Below are positions 16,895-24,783 of a stretch of DNA of 32,000 nucleotides, piece by piece (positions within the stretch are counted from its first letter, which is position 1; every line of letters begins with the position of its first letter). The position numbers and the translations under genes were made by a program. The DNA comes from Promethearchaeota archaeon (GTDB lineage: Archaea; Asgardarchaeota; Hermodarchaeia; Hermodarchaeales; Hermodarchaeaceae): positions 1-32,000 of the forward strand of contig JBHLMI010000010.1 in the NCBI GenBank assembly GCA_048938295.1, given 5' to 3'. The notes beneath the pieces are model-generated. The model saw nothing but the letters and a program-made list of their open reading frames with translations, ran no database searches and was not told where the DNA came from.

Positions 16895-17473
16895 ATGGCG
16901 AGAAGTATAAAGGAATTCGTTTATGTCGCCATTATGGCTGCATTAGGCACCGCCGTATCGATTCTTACCATCAATACTGTTCAGCTTGGAGCAACTCAAA
17001 TCTCTCTGGATCTAAGTCACCTTGGAACCTTCATGGTGGCGATACCCGGCGGAGCCATTCTAGGGGCAATAACTGGTGCTCTTGTAGGTTTTTATCCAGG
17101 AATTGCCTTTGGCTATATCTGGGGTTCTTTAGGCATAGTGGGCCTCATTGGCCTTCCAGCGGGAAAGGCAATGACTGGTTTTACGAGTGGGTTTGTACAG
17201 CGAACCCTTAAACGCCCTTTCCTTTCCGTAGTCATCGGATATGTGCCCGAGTGTCTCTTCACCATCTGGCTTTTCCTGTTCATCGTGCCAGTTATGACAC
17301 CCATTCCTGCTGAGTTCGTTCTCATCATTGTACTGGGCATAGTAGGGAAAGCTTGGATCGAAATTCTCTTCATGGCATTTCTCATGGAGACGATTTTCCT
17401 CTCTCGTGGCATTGTACGACTGCTGAAGACCATCTTCACCAGTTGGGATTACACTCCCCTAACGGAAATGTAG
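16895..17473 (+). CDS. ECF-type transporter S (substrate-binding) component-like membrane protein
   Basis: ~190 aa with about six TM segments. N-terminal AIMAAL (AxxxA-type) helix, DLSHLG...GAILGAITGALVG. AAGGAGG SD before ATG 16895 (ATG 16862 is an alternative). Confidence 0.7.
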   Translation: MARSIKEFVYVAIMAALGTAVSILTINTVQLGATQISLDLSHLGTFMVAIPGGAILGAITGALVGFYPGIAFGYIWGSLGIVGLIGLPAGKAMTGFTSGFVQRTLKRPFLSVVIGYVPECLFTIWLFLFIVPVMTPIPAEFVLIIVLGIVGKAWIEILFMAFLMETIFLSRGIVRLLKTIFTSWDYTPLTEM

Positions 17474-17514
17474 GTTCGGTCTCATTCAGGATTGCAATCA
17501 GAAACGGCGTAAGC

Positions 17515-17521
17515 TTTTTAT
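17515..17521 (+). promoter_or_regulatory. Candidate TATA box for the thermosome gene
   Basis: TTTTTAT, ~70 nt upstream of the ATG; GGAGGA SD at 17579-17584. Confidence 0.45.
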
Positions 17522-17592
17522 GTCAGTGCAAGGATTGCCGAGCAAGTTCATCCTATTTGAAAAACCACAAAAAACGAAGGAGGAACACTATC

Positions 17593-19257
17593 ATGGCACA
17601 AATGCAAGGTGTGCCGGTATTAATACTTAAAGAAGGAACTGAACGCGCCCGAGGTCGTGACGCTCGCGAAAATAACATTATGGCAGTGCGAGCACTTGCT
17701 GATGCAGTGCGCACGTCTCTGGGTCCGCGTGGTCAAGATAAAATGCTGGTGGATAGCCTTGGCGACGTCACCATCACAAATGATGGTGCGACGATCCTTG
17801 ATGAGATTGAAGTTCAACATCCTGCTGCCAAAATGCTTGTTCAGGTAGCCAAAGCCCAAGACGCTGAGACGGGTGATGGCACCACCTCGGCAGTGGTCCT
17901 GTGCGGTGAATATCTCAAGCAAGCACTGGGACTTATCACATCAGGCGTCCATCCGACTGTTATTATCTCAGGTTATCGAAAAGCCGTAGACAAGGCCAGT
18001 GAAATTCTCAACAACATGGCGATTGACTGCCCTATTGATGATCGTGCAAAACTTTTGAAAGTCAGCGATACCTCCATGGCTAGCAAGCTGATTGCCGAAG
18101 CTAAAGACTTCCTTTCTCCCATTGCGGTTGATGCAGTACTACAAATCACCGAAGAAACGCCTGATGGAATCGTGGCTGACATTGATAACATTAAAGTCGA
18201 AAAAAAGGAAGGCGGATCAGTTCGAGACACTCAATTAGTTCGTGGGGTCATTGTCGACAAAGAAATAGTGCATTCTGAAATGCCGCGCAGTGTACACAAA
18301 GCGAAAATTGCTCTGCTCAACGCCTCCATGGAGGTCGAGAAAACCGAGATGGATGCTGAAATTCGAATCACCAACCCTGAGCAAATGCAATCTTTTCTTG
18401 ACGAAGAGCAACGAATGCTGAAAAAAATCTCAGAAAAGGTAACTGAAGTCGGTGCCAATGTGGTCTTTGCTCAGAAAGGCATCGATGACAAAGTTCAGCA
18501 CTATCTCGCTAAAGATGGTATTCTTGCTGTTCGTCGTGTTAAGAAAAGTGACATGGAAGCGCTTGCCCGTGCAACTGGAGGACAAGTTGTATCATCCATC
18601 GACCACCTTACCGCCAAGGACCTTGGCGGCTGTGATATCGTCGAAGAACGGAAGGTCGGTGATGACAAAATGGTCTTCGTTGAAGGATGCAAAGATCCTA
18701 AAACGGTTAGCGTCCTCATTCGTGGCGGCACAGAACGCGTAGTTGATGAAGCTGAACGCGCATTCCATGATGCTGTCTCAGTCGTTCGCGATGCCGTTGA
18801 AGATGGGAAAGTCGTTGCCGGTGGTGGAGCCCCAGAAGTGGAAGTCTCAACACAACTCCGAGAATACGCCTCATCTCTTAAGGGTCGTGAACAAATTGCT
18901 GTCAACAAATTCGCTGATGCAATGGAGGTAATTCCTAAATCTCTTGCTGAGAATGCAGGTCATGATCCCATTGATGTCATTGTTGCCCTTCGTGCCGCAC
19001 ACGGAAGTCACAACAAAAACATGGGCATTGATATCGTGACAGGTAAAGCCAAAGATATGTTCAAAGCCGGTGTAATCGAACCACTTCGTGTGAAAATACA
19101 TGCAATTCGGTCAGGTACCGAAGCAGCGTCACTAATTCTAAGAATTGATGACGTCATAGCATCTAAGCGGAGTGCTGCTCCTCCTGGTGGACCCGGTGGA
19201 CCAGGTGGAATGCCTCCTGGTATGGGTGGTATGGGCGGAATGCCCGGCATGATGTAA
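17593..19257 (+). CDS. ths: Thermosome (group II chaperonin) subunit
   Basis: GPRGQDKML, TNDGATIL, GDGTTS, VVAGGGAPE, GVIEP, LILRIDDVI and a C-terminal GGMPPGMGGMGGMPGMM tail; start at the ATG after the SD. Confidence 0.98.
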   Translation: MAQMQGVPVLILKEGTERARGRDARENNIMAVRALADAVRTSLGPRGQDKMLVDSLGDVTITNDGATILDEIEVQHPAAKMLVQVAKAQDAETGDGTTSAVVLCGEYLKQALGLITSGVHPTVIISGYRKAVDKASEILNNMAIDCPIDDRAKLLKVSDTSMASKLIAEAKDFLSPIAVDAVLQITEETPDGIVADIDNIKVEKKEGGSVRDTQLVRGVIVDKEIVHSEMPRSVHKAKIALLNASMEVEKTEMDAEIRITNPEQMQSFLDEEQRMLKKISEKVTEVGANVVFAQKGIDDKVQHYLAKDGILAVRRVKKSDMEALARATGGQVVSSIDHLTAKDLGGCDIVEERKVGDDKMVFVEGCKDPKTVSVLIRGGTERVVDEAERAFHDAVSVVRDAVEDGKVVAGGGAPEVEVSTQLREYASSLKGREQIAVNKFADAMEVIPKSLAENAGHDPIDVIVALRAAHGSHNKNMGIDIVTGKAKDMFKAGVIEPLRVKIHAIRSGTEAASLILRIDDVIASKRSAAPPGGPGGPGGMPPGMGGMGGMPGMM

Positions 19258-19261
19258 CCAA

Positions 19262-19310
19262 GCGTCCGCCTTGGCGGGCGCCTTTTCTCTCTTTTTTACT
19301 ATACTTTTTC
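19262..19310 (+). terminator. Hairpin plus T-tract terminator after the thermosome gene
   Basis: GCGTCCGC-CTTG-GCGGGCGC stem-loop followed by CTTTTCTCTCTTTTTTACTATACTTTTTC. Confidence 0.75.
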
Positions 19311-19344
19311 TACACGAACACACTCTATTGATAGGGTACTCATC

Positions 19345-19821
19345 ATGACTAGTCAGGTTTCAGTAGAGGTTTCAGGAATCGATTTTGCCGCAGCTCACTT
19401 CGTTAGCGAAGGGGGAGCCTGTGAGCAACTTCACGGGCATAATTACCACGTCACTGTCACTATTTGGGGTGAAATCGATTCATATGGGATGGTTGTGGAT
19501 TTTCGTATACTTAAAAAGCGCATACATAAACTTTGCAAACATTGGGATCACTTTGTCCTACTTCCTGCTCAATCAAAATTAATCAAAACCGTTGAAAAAG
19601 CCAAGCAAATCGAAGTTACCACGCCCAGTGGTAAGTACTCATTTCCCGCAAAGGATGTAAGGCTTATTGACGTTGTTGAAACAACAGCTGAAGAGCTCGC
19701 CCGCTTTTTGTGTCAGAAGTTGATTGTCAACCTATCCTCAGATTTCCCAAATATCACTGCTGTTCAAGTGGTATTAGCTGAAAGTGCTACATCACGAGCT
19801 ACTGTGTTATTGTCGGTCTAG
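19345..19821 (+). CDS. queD: 6-pyruvoyl-tetrahydropterin synthase / 6-carboxytetrahydropterin synthase (QueD family)
   Basis: FAAAHF, CEQLHGHNY (CxxxHGH), GMVVDF, WDH, TTAEELA. Confidence 0.88.
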   Translation: MTSQVSVEVSGIDFAAAHFVSEGGACEQLHGHNYHVTVTIWGEIDSYGMVVDFRILKKRIHKLCKHWDHFVLLPAQSKLIKTVEKAKQIEVTTPSGKYSFPAKDVRLIDVVETTAEELARFLCQKLIVNLSSDFPNITAVQVVLAESATSRATVLLSV

Positions 19822-21043
19822 TTGGCTCTGCGGGTTGAGCACGCCGTTGGCGAATATAGCCGATTATCGAAGCAGCCAGAGGAAAGAGCAGTGCTAGGGG
19901 TACTAGGAACAACAATGTTTTTTCAGGTAGAAATAACAGCTCAATTGATTCAATGATGATTGGTGGGGCATTCAACAGGGTTAGAAAGGTTACAGGATTG
20001 ATACAAATATACGCAATGAGAAGCACGAAGATAAACCCAATAGCTGACGAGCCAATCGACAAGACAGTCATGCGATATATTGAGGGAGTTGAAGCACGCG
20101 CGGTTAGAGTAGCTTCAGCTTCTGGGTCTTCCCGGAATAACCGCGTAACAAACCTATTCAATCGTCGTATCTCATGGGCGTCTTTCAATTCGACAAGCCA
20201 TTCTCTGCGTAACAATTTCCTTTCAATCACTTGGCGCATTAATCGAAACGCATCTGAGCCTAACATTCGTTGAAGCGCTTTAGGCACGGGAATATCTTCA
20301 GTCTGCACCGGAACTTGTCTTTGGGCATCAGTTTGCAACTGAGTTATTTGCCTTCGTAACTGTTCTTCGCGAACAGTTACCGGTTCGAGGAGTGAGTAAA
20401 AATACACGACCTGGTAGGAGGCTTCGAGGTAGATGAAGCCCACCAAGGCCACAAGTAATACAGGCCATGACAAAGGCCAATTAAACTCAGCACTTGGAAG
20501 GAAGTAGCCATTTTCACTGCCTGGAATATTCAGTACAATCCCTGCAGCACCAAGGATTGCTAATCCTATCATCGAGATGAAGCACAATGAAGCTAATCGA
20601 CCACTCACCCGAAGAAATGATGTAACGCCTGCGATTATGGCAATGCTCAGTAGAATCCAAAAGGACAAGAAATAGAGGCTAAGGAGAAAAATAATCACAT
20701 AATCGAATGGAGGGAGCCCAGAAGGTGCTAAACTGAATCCAAAGGCCTGGAAATACGCCGTAATCGCATCTCGGAAGAACGTAACAAATCCAGTGGCATC
20801 CTGCTGTGTCAGAAAGCCAGTGATATATGCACTTAGAGCTGCAGCCAATTCGATGAAAGAAATAATCAGTAAGGTTAACACATTACGAAGCCCTACTGCG
20901 AAGTCTACAAGTGCGGTGAAGACACCACTAGATCCCATAGTACGCCAAACCAATGGATTTAGACTCATCAGTATAGTGGTGGCAAAAGCAATGAATGCGG
21001 CTACGGCGATGCCCCGGAGTATCCAAAGAATGTACCGTGTCAT
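19799..21043 (-). CDS. Hypothetical multi-pass membrane protein (last gene of the MoxR operon)
   Basis: 414 aa, about seven hydrophobic segments and a ~110-aa charged helical loop; GGAGGT SD; 20 nt downstream of the DUF58 gene. Confidence 0.85.
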   Translation of the reverse strand: MTRYILWILRGIAVAAFIAFATTILMSLNPLVWRTMGSSGVFTALVDFAVGLRNVLTLLIISFIELAAALSAYITGFLTQQDATGFVTFFRDAITAYFQAFGFSLAPSGLPPFDYVIIFLLSLYFLSFWILLSIAIIAGVTSFLRVSGRLASLCFISMIGLAILGAAGIVLNIPGSENGYFLPSAEFNWPLSWPVLLVALVGFIYLEASYQVVYFYSLLEPVTVREEQLRRQITQLQTDAQRQVPVQTEDIPVPKALQRMLGSDAFRLMRQVIERKLLRREWLVELKDAHEIRRLNRFVTRLFREDPEAEATLTARASTPSIYRMTVLSIGSSAIGFIFVLLIAYICINPVTFLTLLNAPPIIIESIELLFLPEKTLLFLVPLALLFPLAASIIGYIRQRRAQPAEPTRPTITQ

Positions 21044-21063
21044 TGACCTTCTACCTCCATTTC

Positions 21064-22386
21064 TTAAATCACCGCAATACTTCGTTTCTTCGCCTTGAGA
21101 TACTCACTCAAAACCGTGGGGAGAAAATCCCCAGGACCAACAGCAACAATTGATACACCAACTCGTTGGAAGCTTTTCGCTAACTGAGACTGCTCTTCAA
21201 GAAGCCTGTGGACAATCGCTTCTCCTATAGCACGTTCAACAGGGGAGAGGTAAATCTCTTCTATTTCGAACCAGGGGCCAAAAGGTCGAATAATTATTGC
21301 ATTATGTTTGTAACCACGAATAAGTCTGATACCTTTTTCCAAACGCTTACGATTTGATTCCAGGTCGGTAATTATTACAAAGAAGCTTTGCTGAGTAACG
21401 CGTGGCGCTAGGTACTCAACAGCCGTGGTCAAATCGAACTCACCTCCAGGTGAAATCTCGGCTAAAAGATCGAGCATGTGATAATAATGTGCATCACCTA
21501 ATCCAGGTTTTAAGAACGAATGTTGCTTCGTTGACCAACTTAATAGTCCCACATGGTCCTTACGTTCCATTGCCATCTTTGCTAGCATCAAGGCGGCACG
21601 AATAGCAGCCTCGAGTTTACTATTTTCTGGGCGACCAGCTGCCATTGTTGCACCAATATCGAGGATGATAAACATGCGAATATTGCGTTCCGTCTCGTAT
21701 TGGCGCATCATGAGCTTTTGTGTTCGGGCAGACGCCTTCCAGTCAATTCGGCGGTATTCGTCACCAACTTCATATTTCCGGATACCTGTGAAATCAGTCC
21801 CTAAACTCATCTGACGGGTCTTATGAATACCAAACATATGACCCAATCGACGCTTCTTTGCGAGACTTTCCATAATACGGACTTCTTCGACATTTGGATA
21901 AATTAGAAGCTCTTCAAAATTCTCTCCAGACATTTCTTCAAACCGAAACTCTAGCCGATCATATATCTGAAATTTAGTGGGTCCAAAGGTGAACTTCCCT
22001 CGGAGTGTGGCTTGAAGAATATATGAAAATTTAACCTCTTGATTCGGATCAATACGGCTTCGAATTCTGTTCTTTCCCAAAACCAGGCGAAATATCTCGG
22101 GATAAACGTCGAAGATGTCAATTGAATCAATGCGATGAGATCCAGTATTTTTCACCGTAAGTTTTACGTGAAAAAAATCATTTTGGAAAATCTTGCGTTT
22201 ATCAATTTCCCGAGTTACTTCAAGAGTTTCAACCGGCATAGTCAGTTGGAAAAAGGGTGAACTAGCTACTGACCCTACAATGAGAAAAATACCTAAAATG
22301 ACGAGAACGAAATTTGTAAAGGCAAATCCCGAGACGAGGATGAATATCCCAATGAGGAGAACTGTTCTTCCACGTTCGGAGAACAC
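21064..22386 (-). CDS. DUF58 family protein (MoxR partner, vWA-like C-terminus)
   Basis: N-terminal TM pair, RGKFTFGP, GTDFTGIRKYEVGDEYRRIDWKASAR..KLMMRQYETE, IILD...SKLE, DHVGL, VIITDL. Confidence 0.93.
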   Translation of the reverse strand: MFSERGRTVLLIGIFILVSGFAFTNFVLVILGIFLIVGSVASSPFFQLTMPVETLEVTREIDKRKIFQNDFFHVKLTVKNTGSHRIDSIDIFDVYPEIFRLVLGKNRIRSRIDPNQEVKFSYILQATLRGKFTFGPTKFQIYDRLEFRFEEMSGENFEELLIYPNVEEVRIMESLAKKRRLGHMFGIHKTRQMSLGTDFTGIRKYEVGDEYRRIDWKASARTQKLMMRQYETERNIRMFIILDIGATMAAGRPENSKLEAAIRAALMLAKMAMERKDHVGLLSWSTKQHSFLKPGLGDAHYYHMLDLLAEISPGGEFDLTTAVEYLAPRVTQQSFFVIITDLESNRKRLEKGIRLIRGYKHNAIIIRPFGPWFEIEEIYLSPVERAIGEAIVHRLLEEQSQLAKSFQRVGVSIVAVGPGDFLPTVLSEYLKAKKRSIAVI

Positions 22387-22392
22387 GTAAAC

Positions 22393-23361
22393 TTACGCTC
22401 CCGGTGTACTAATTTGCTTTAGAATCCGGTTCACAACAGACTGGACAGAAGTGCCTTCCAATTCAGCTTCGGGTTTCAGAATCAAACGGTGGTTCAGAGC
22501 TTGCAGAGCCAACATCTTAATGTCGTCCGGTGTAACATAGTCTCGACCACTCAATGCAGCATGAACTTTGGATGTGTCAAGCAGCACAATCGATGCACGA
22601 GGCGAACCACCAATCAAAATCTGAGGATCATTCCGAGTGCGAACCACGATATCGCGAATATACGACATGATGTAAGGCTCAACGAACACCCGCTTAGTCG
22701 CTTCCTGCATATCAATCAATACACGTGGATCCACAACAGGTTCAACATCCGCCTCTTCAGGTTGATGCTTCCGACGAAGAATTTCTACCTCTTCGGCATC
22801 AGAAGGATAATCAACATGAAGTTTAAACAAAAACCTGTCTACCTGTGCTTCCGGAAGAGGATAAGTTCCTTCCAGTTCGATAGGGTTTTGTGTTGCCAAA
22901 ACCATGAAAGGTTCTGGAAGAGGTAACGTAGCGCCTTCAATAGTAACTTGCTTTTCCTGCATCGCTTCAAGCAACGCTGATTGGGTCTTTGGGGGTGATC
23001 GGTTGACTTCGTCAGCTAACACCAGATTTGAAAAGACTGGCCCCTTTCGTAGGCGGAATTCCCCTGTGTTCGGGTCATAGATGTTAGTTCCAACGATGTC
23101 GGCAGGTAACATATCCGGGGTAAACTGGATTCGTTTAAACTCACAGCCAATGGCTTGGGCAAACGCGTTTGCCATGTAAGTCTTTGCGATGCCTGGCACT
23201 CCTTCGAGGAGGATATGCCCTTTCGCTAGTAGTCCAATCAGGATATTTTGGAGAATGTTGCGTTTCCCCACAATCACCTTCCCTACTTCGTCGAGGATAT
23301 TTGTTGCATGGCTTCGTACTTCGGAAATAGACATTCCGTCACTTCTTCTGCGTCTACTCAT
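22393..23361 (-). CDS. moxR: MoxR-family AAA+ ATPase
   Basis: GHILLEGVPGIAKT, RIQFTPDMLPADIVG, GPVFSNLVLADEVNRSPPKTQSALLEAMQE, ATQNPIELEGTYPLPEAQVDRF, GGSPRAS. Alternative start at 23334. Confidence 0.97.
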   Translation of the reverse strand: MSRRRRSDGMSISEVRSHATNILDEVGKVIVGKRNILQNILIGLLAKGHILLEGVPGIAKTYMANAFAQAIGCEFKRIQFTPDMLPADIVGTNIYDPNTGEFRLRKGPVFSNLVLADEVNRSPPKTQSALLEAMQEKQVTIEGATLPLPEPFMVLATQNPIELEGTYPLPEAQVDRFLFKLHVDYPSDAEEVEILRRKHQPEEADVEPVVDPRVLIDMQEATKRVFVEPYIMSYIRDIVVRTRNDPQILIGGSPRASIVLLDTSKVHAALSGRDYVTPDDIKMLALQALNHRLILKPEAELEGTSVQSVVNRILKQISTPGA

Positions 23362-23367
23362 TTCATT

Positions 23368-24783
23368 TCACCCAATATTGTCTCGTATACGTTGAATTTG
23401 GAAAAAGAAGTCCAAGAATTCTTCATGTTTAATTCGTTTTGATGTATGGACTGCTTTTTCGAGTGCCTCAAAATCGCCTGTGATCAGTGCTATATCGCCT
23501 GGCTGTCGTGTGCGCGAAACCGTTACAAGAAGCCGTGGCACATCAAAAATCCGTAACCCGTATTTTCGGCCTAAATCGCGCTTAAGTTGGCCATAGATTA
23601 TTTTTAAGGCTTCGTTGTAACGTTGGTTGTTAATATATTCATACAGTGTTCTCGTGAACATCGTTTCGCCACGTAACCGATAGATTTCCATAGGTTTCTG
23701 CTTCTCCGGGCGTCCAAATGGTAGGTAACGCCGAACCATCCAAATGGCTAAAAGCGGTGCCAAGGGGGCTAAAATCCAATTGGTTGAAACATAGGTGATT
23801 TGCCCAAGCATCAACCCAACATAGAGAACCGGAGAGGCTGGCGTCCATCCTAAATGGTTATGATCAATTATGATGGAGTTTGCATTCGCCTGATTCGCCA
23901 AATAGGTAAATAGTTCGACGGCAAATTGGCGGTTGGTGCCACGGTCAATCATATTATTGATAAAGATACTAGGATCGCTAAGCATGATCAACGTGCCATT
24001 CATTATTTGCATCTCCAGCATTACTGGAAGTGGACCAGGCTGGTCTCCTCGGGTTGCATTATAAGCAATGTAATTGGGATCATTTGCGTTTATGACATGA
24101 CTGTAGACATCTCCGGCTACAATCCATGAGTTCGTAGAGGAGGCGGCTAGCTCGTAACCTGAAGCTCCTTCAATGGATGACGCGAAGTTCATTACAACGT
24201 GGTGTCCGGGAGAAAAGATGCGCCCCCCATCGTTAAAGGAGTTGATTACCGGGAGCAGAGGGAGCCCATTTTCATTGACGCTTGCATCTAAGAGGAGGCC
24301 GCGAGAAAAACGAATGTCTGATACGACCATTAGATTCACGGCTCGTTTTGGCCAATTGTCGATGTAAACCGCTAGCCCATCTAGTATGTTATTCGCAGAA
24401 CCAAAATCATCTACTAATAGCATGCTTCCGCCATTTATGAAAAAGTCTAATAACGCTGAAATTTCAACTATGGAAAAGAAGTGTGTAGGTCCGATAATAC
24501 AAAGCACCTGATTGCTGGGAATGCTGTTAATCACACTCAGAGAGCTAATCAAGGGATGAACTTCATACCCATTGCTCACCAACTCACTGGCAAGTTCTGA
24601 ACACCCGTCACCTGGATCAGTACTTGTATTATAGATTGAGAATGGGAGCAGATCAACGCCACCGACACCAGTAATGCTGAGTAAAATTGGCAGCCAGGCT
24701 ATGGCGAACACGAAGCAGAAAACAACGATGGTGATGAATTTGCTCCGTTTTTTCGCTTCAGCCGCTTTCGGTTGGTTGGCCAT
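23368..24783 (-). CDS. DUF4350-domain membrane-anchored protein
   Basis: N-terminal TM, IIGP..FF...E...L..F...GG.MLLVDDFG, LSDPSIFINNM, IIIDHNH, second TM and a short helical tail. ATG 24783 preferred over 24813. Confidence 0.8.
   Translation of the reverse strand: MANQPKAAEAKKRSKFITIVVFCFVFAIAWLPILLSITGVGGVDLLPFSIYNTSTDPGDGCSELASELVSNGYEVHPLISSLSVINSIPSNQVLCIIGPTHFFSIVEISALLDFFINGGSMLLVDDFGSANNILDGLAVYIDNWPKRAVNLMVVSDIRFSRGLLLDASVNENGLPLLPVINSFNDGGRIFSPGHHVVMNFASSIEGASGYELAASSTNSWIVAGDVYSHVINANDPNYIAYNATRGDQPGPLPVMLEMQIMNGTLIMLSDPSIFINNMIDRGTNRQFAVELFTYLANQANANSIIIDHNHLGWTPASPVLYVGLMLGQITYVSTNWILAPLAPLLAIWMVRRYLPFGRPEKQKPMEIYRLRGETMFTRTLYEYINNQRYNEALKIIYGQLKRDLGRKYGLRIFDVPRLLVTVSRTRQPGDIALITGDFEALEKAVHTSKRIKHEEFLDFFFQIQRIRDNIG

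Noticed and set aside
17353-17592. 80-aa N-terminal extension of the thermosome ORF
   Set aside because: Overlaps the ECF-S gene and the TATA/SD region; the conserved protein begins at ATG 17593.
19181-19254. Short GGW/ATG-rich tandem repeats
   Set aside because: They encode the well-known Gly-Met-Pro chaperonin tail and are not a DNA repeat element.
19799-19821. 23-nt convergent overlap of queD and the membrane-protein gene
   Set aside because: Short 3' overlaps are common in compact archaeal genomes.
21640-21670. Degenerate MIDAS (DIGAT instead of DxSxS) in DUF58
   Set aside because: D-x-G-x-x-M variants are common in DUF58 proteins, so this is not distinctive.
23180-23210. Walker A GVPGIAKT lacking the usual GKT
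   Set aside because: GxPGxAKT is normal in MoxR-proper ATPases.
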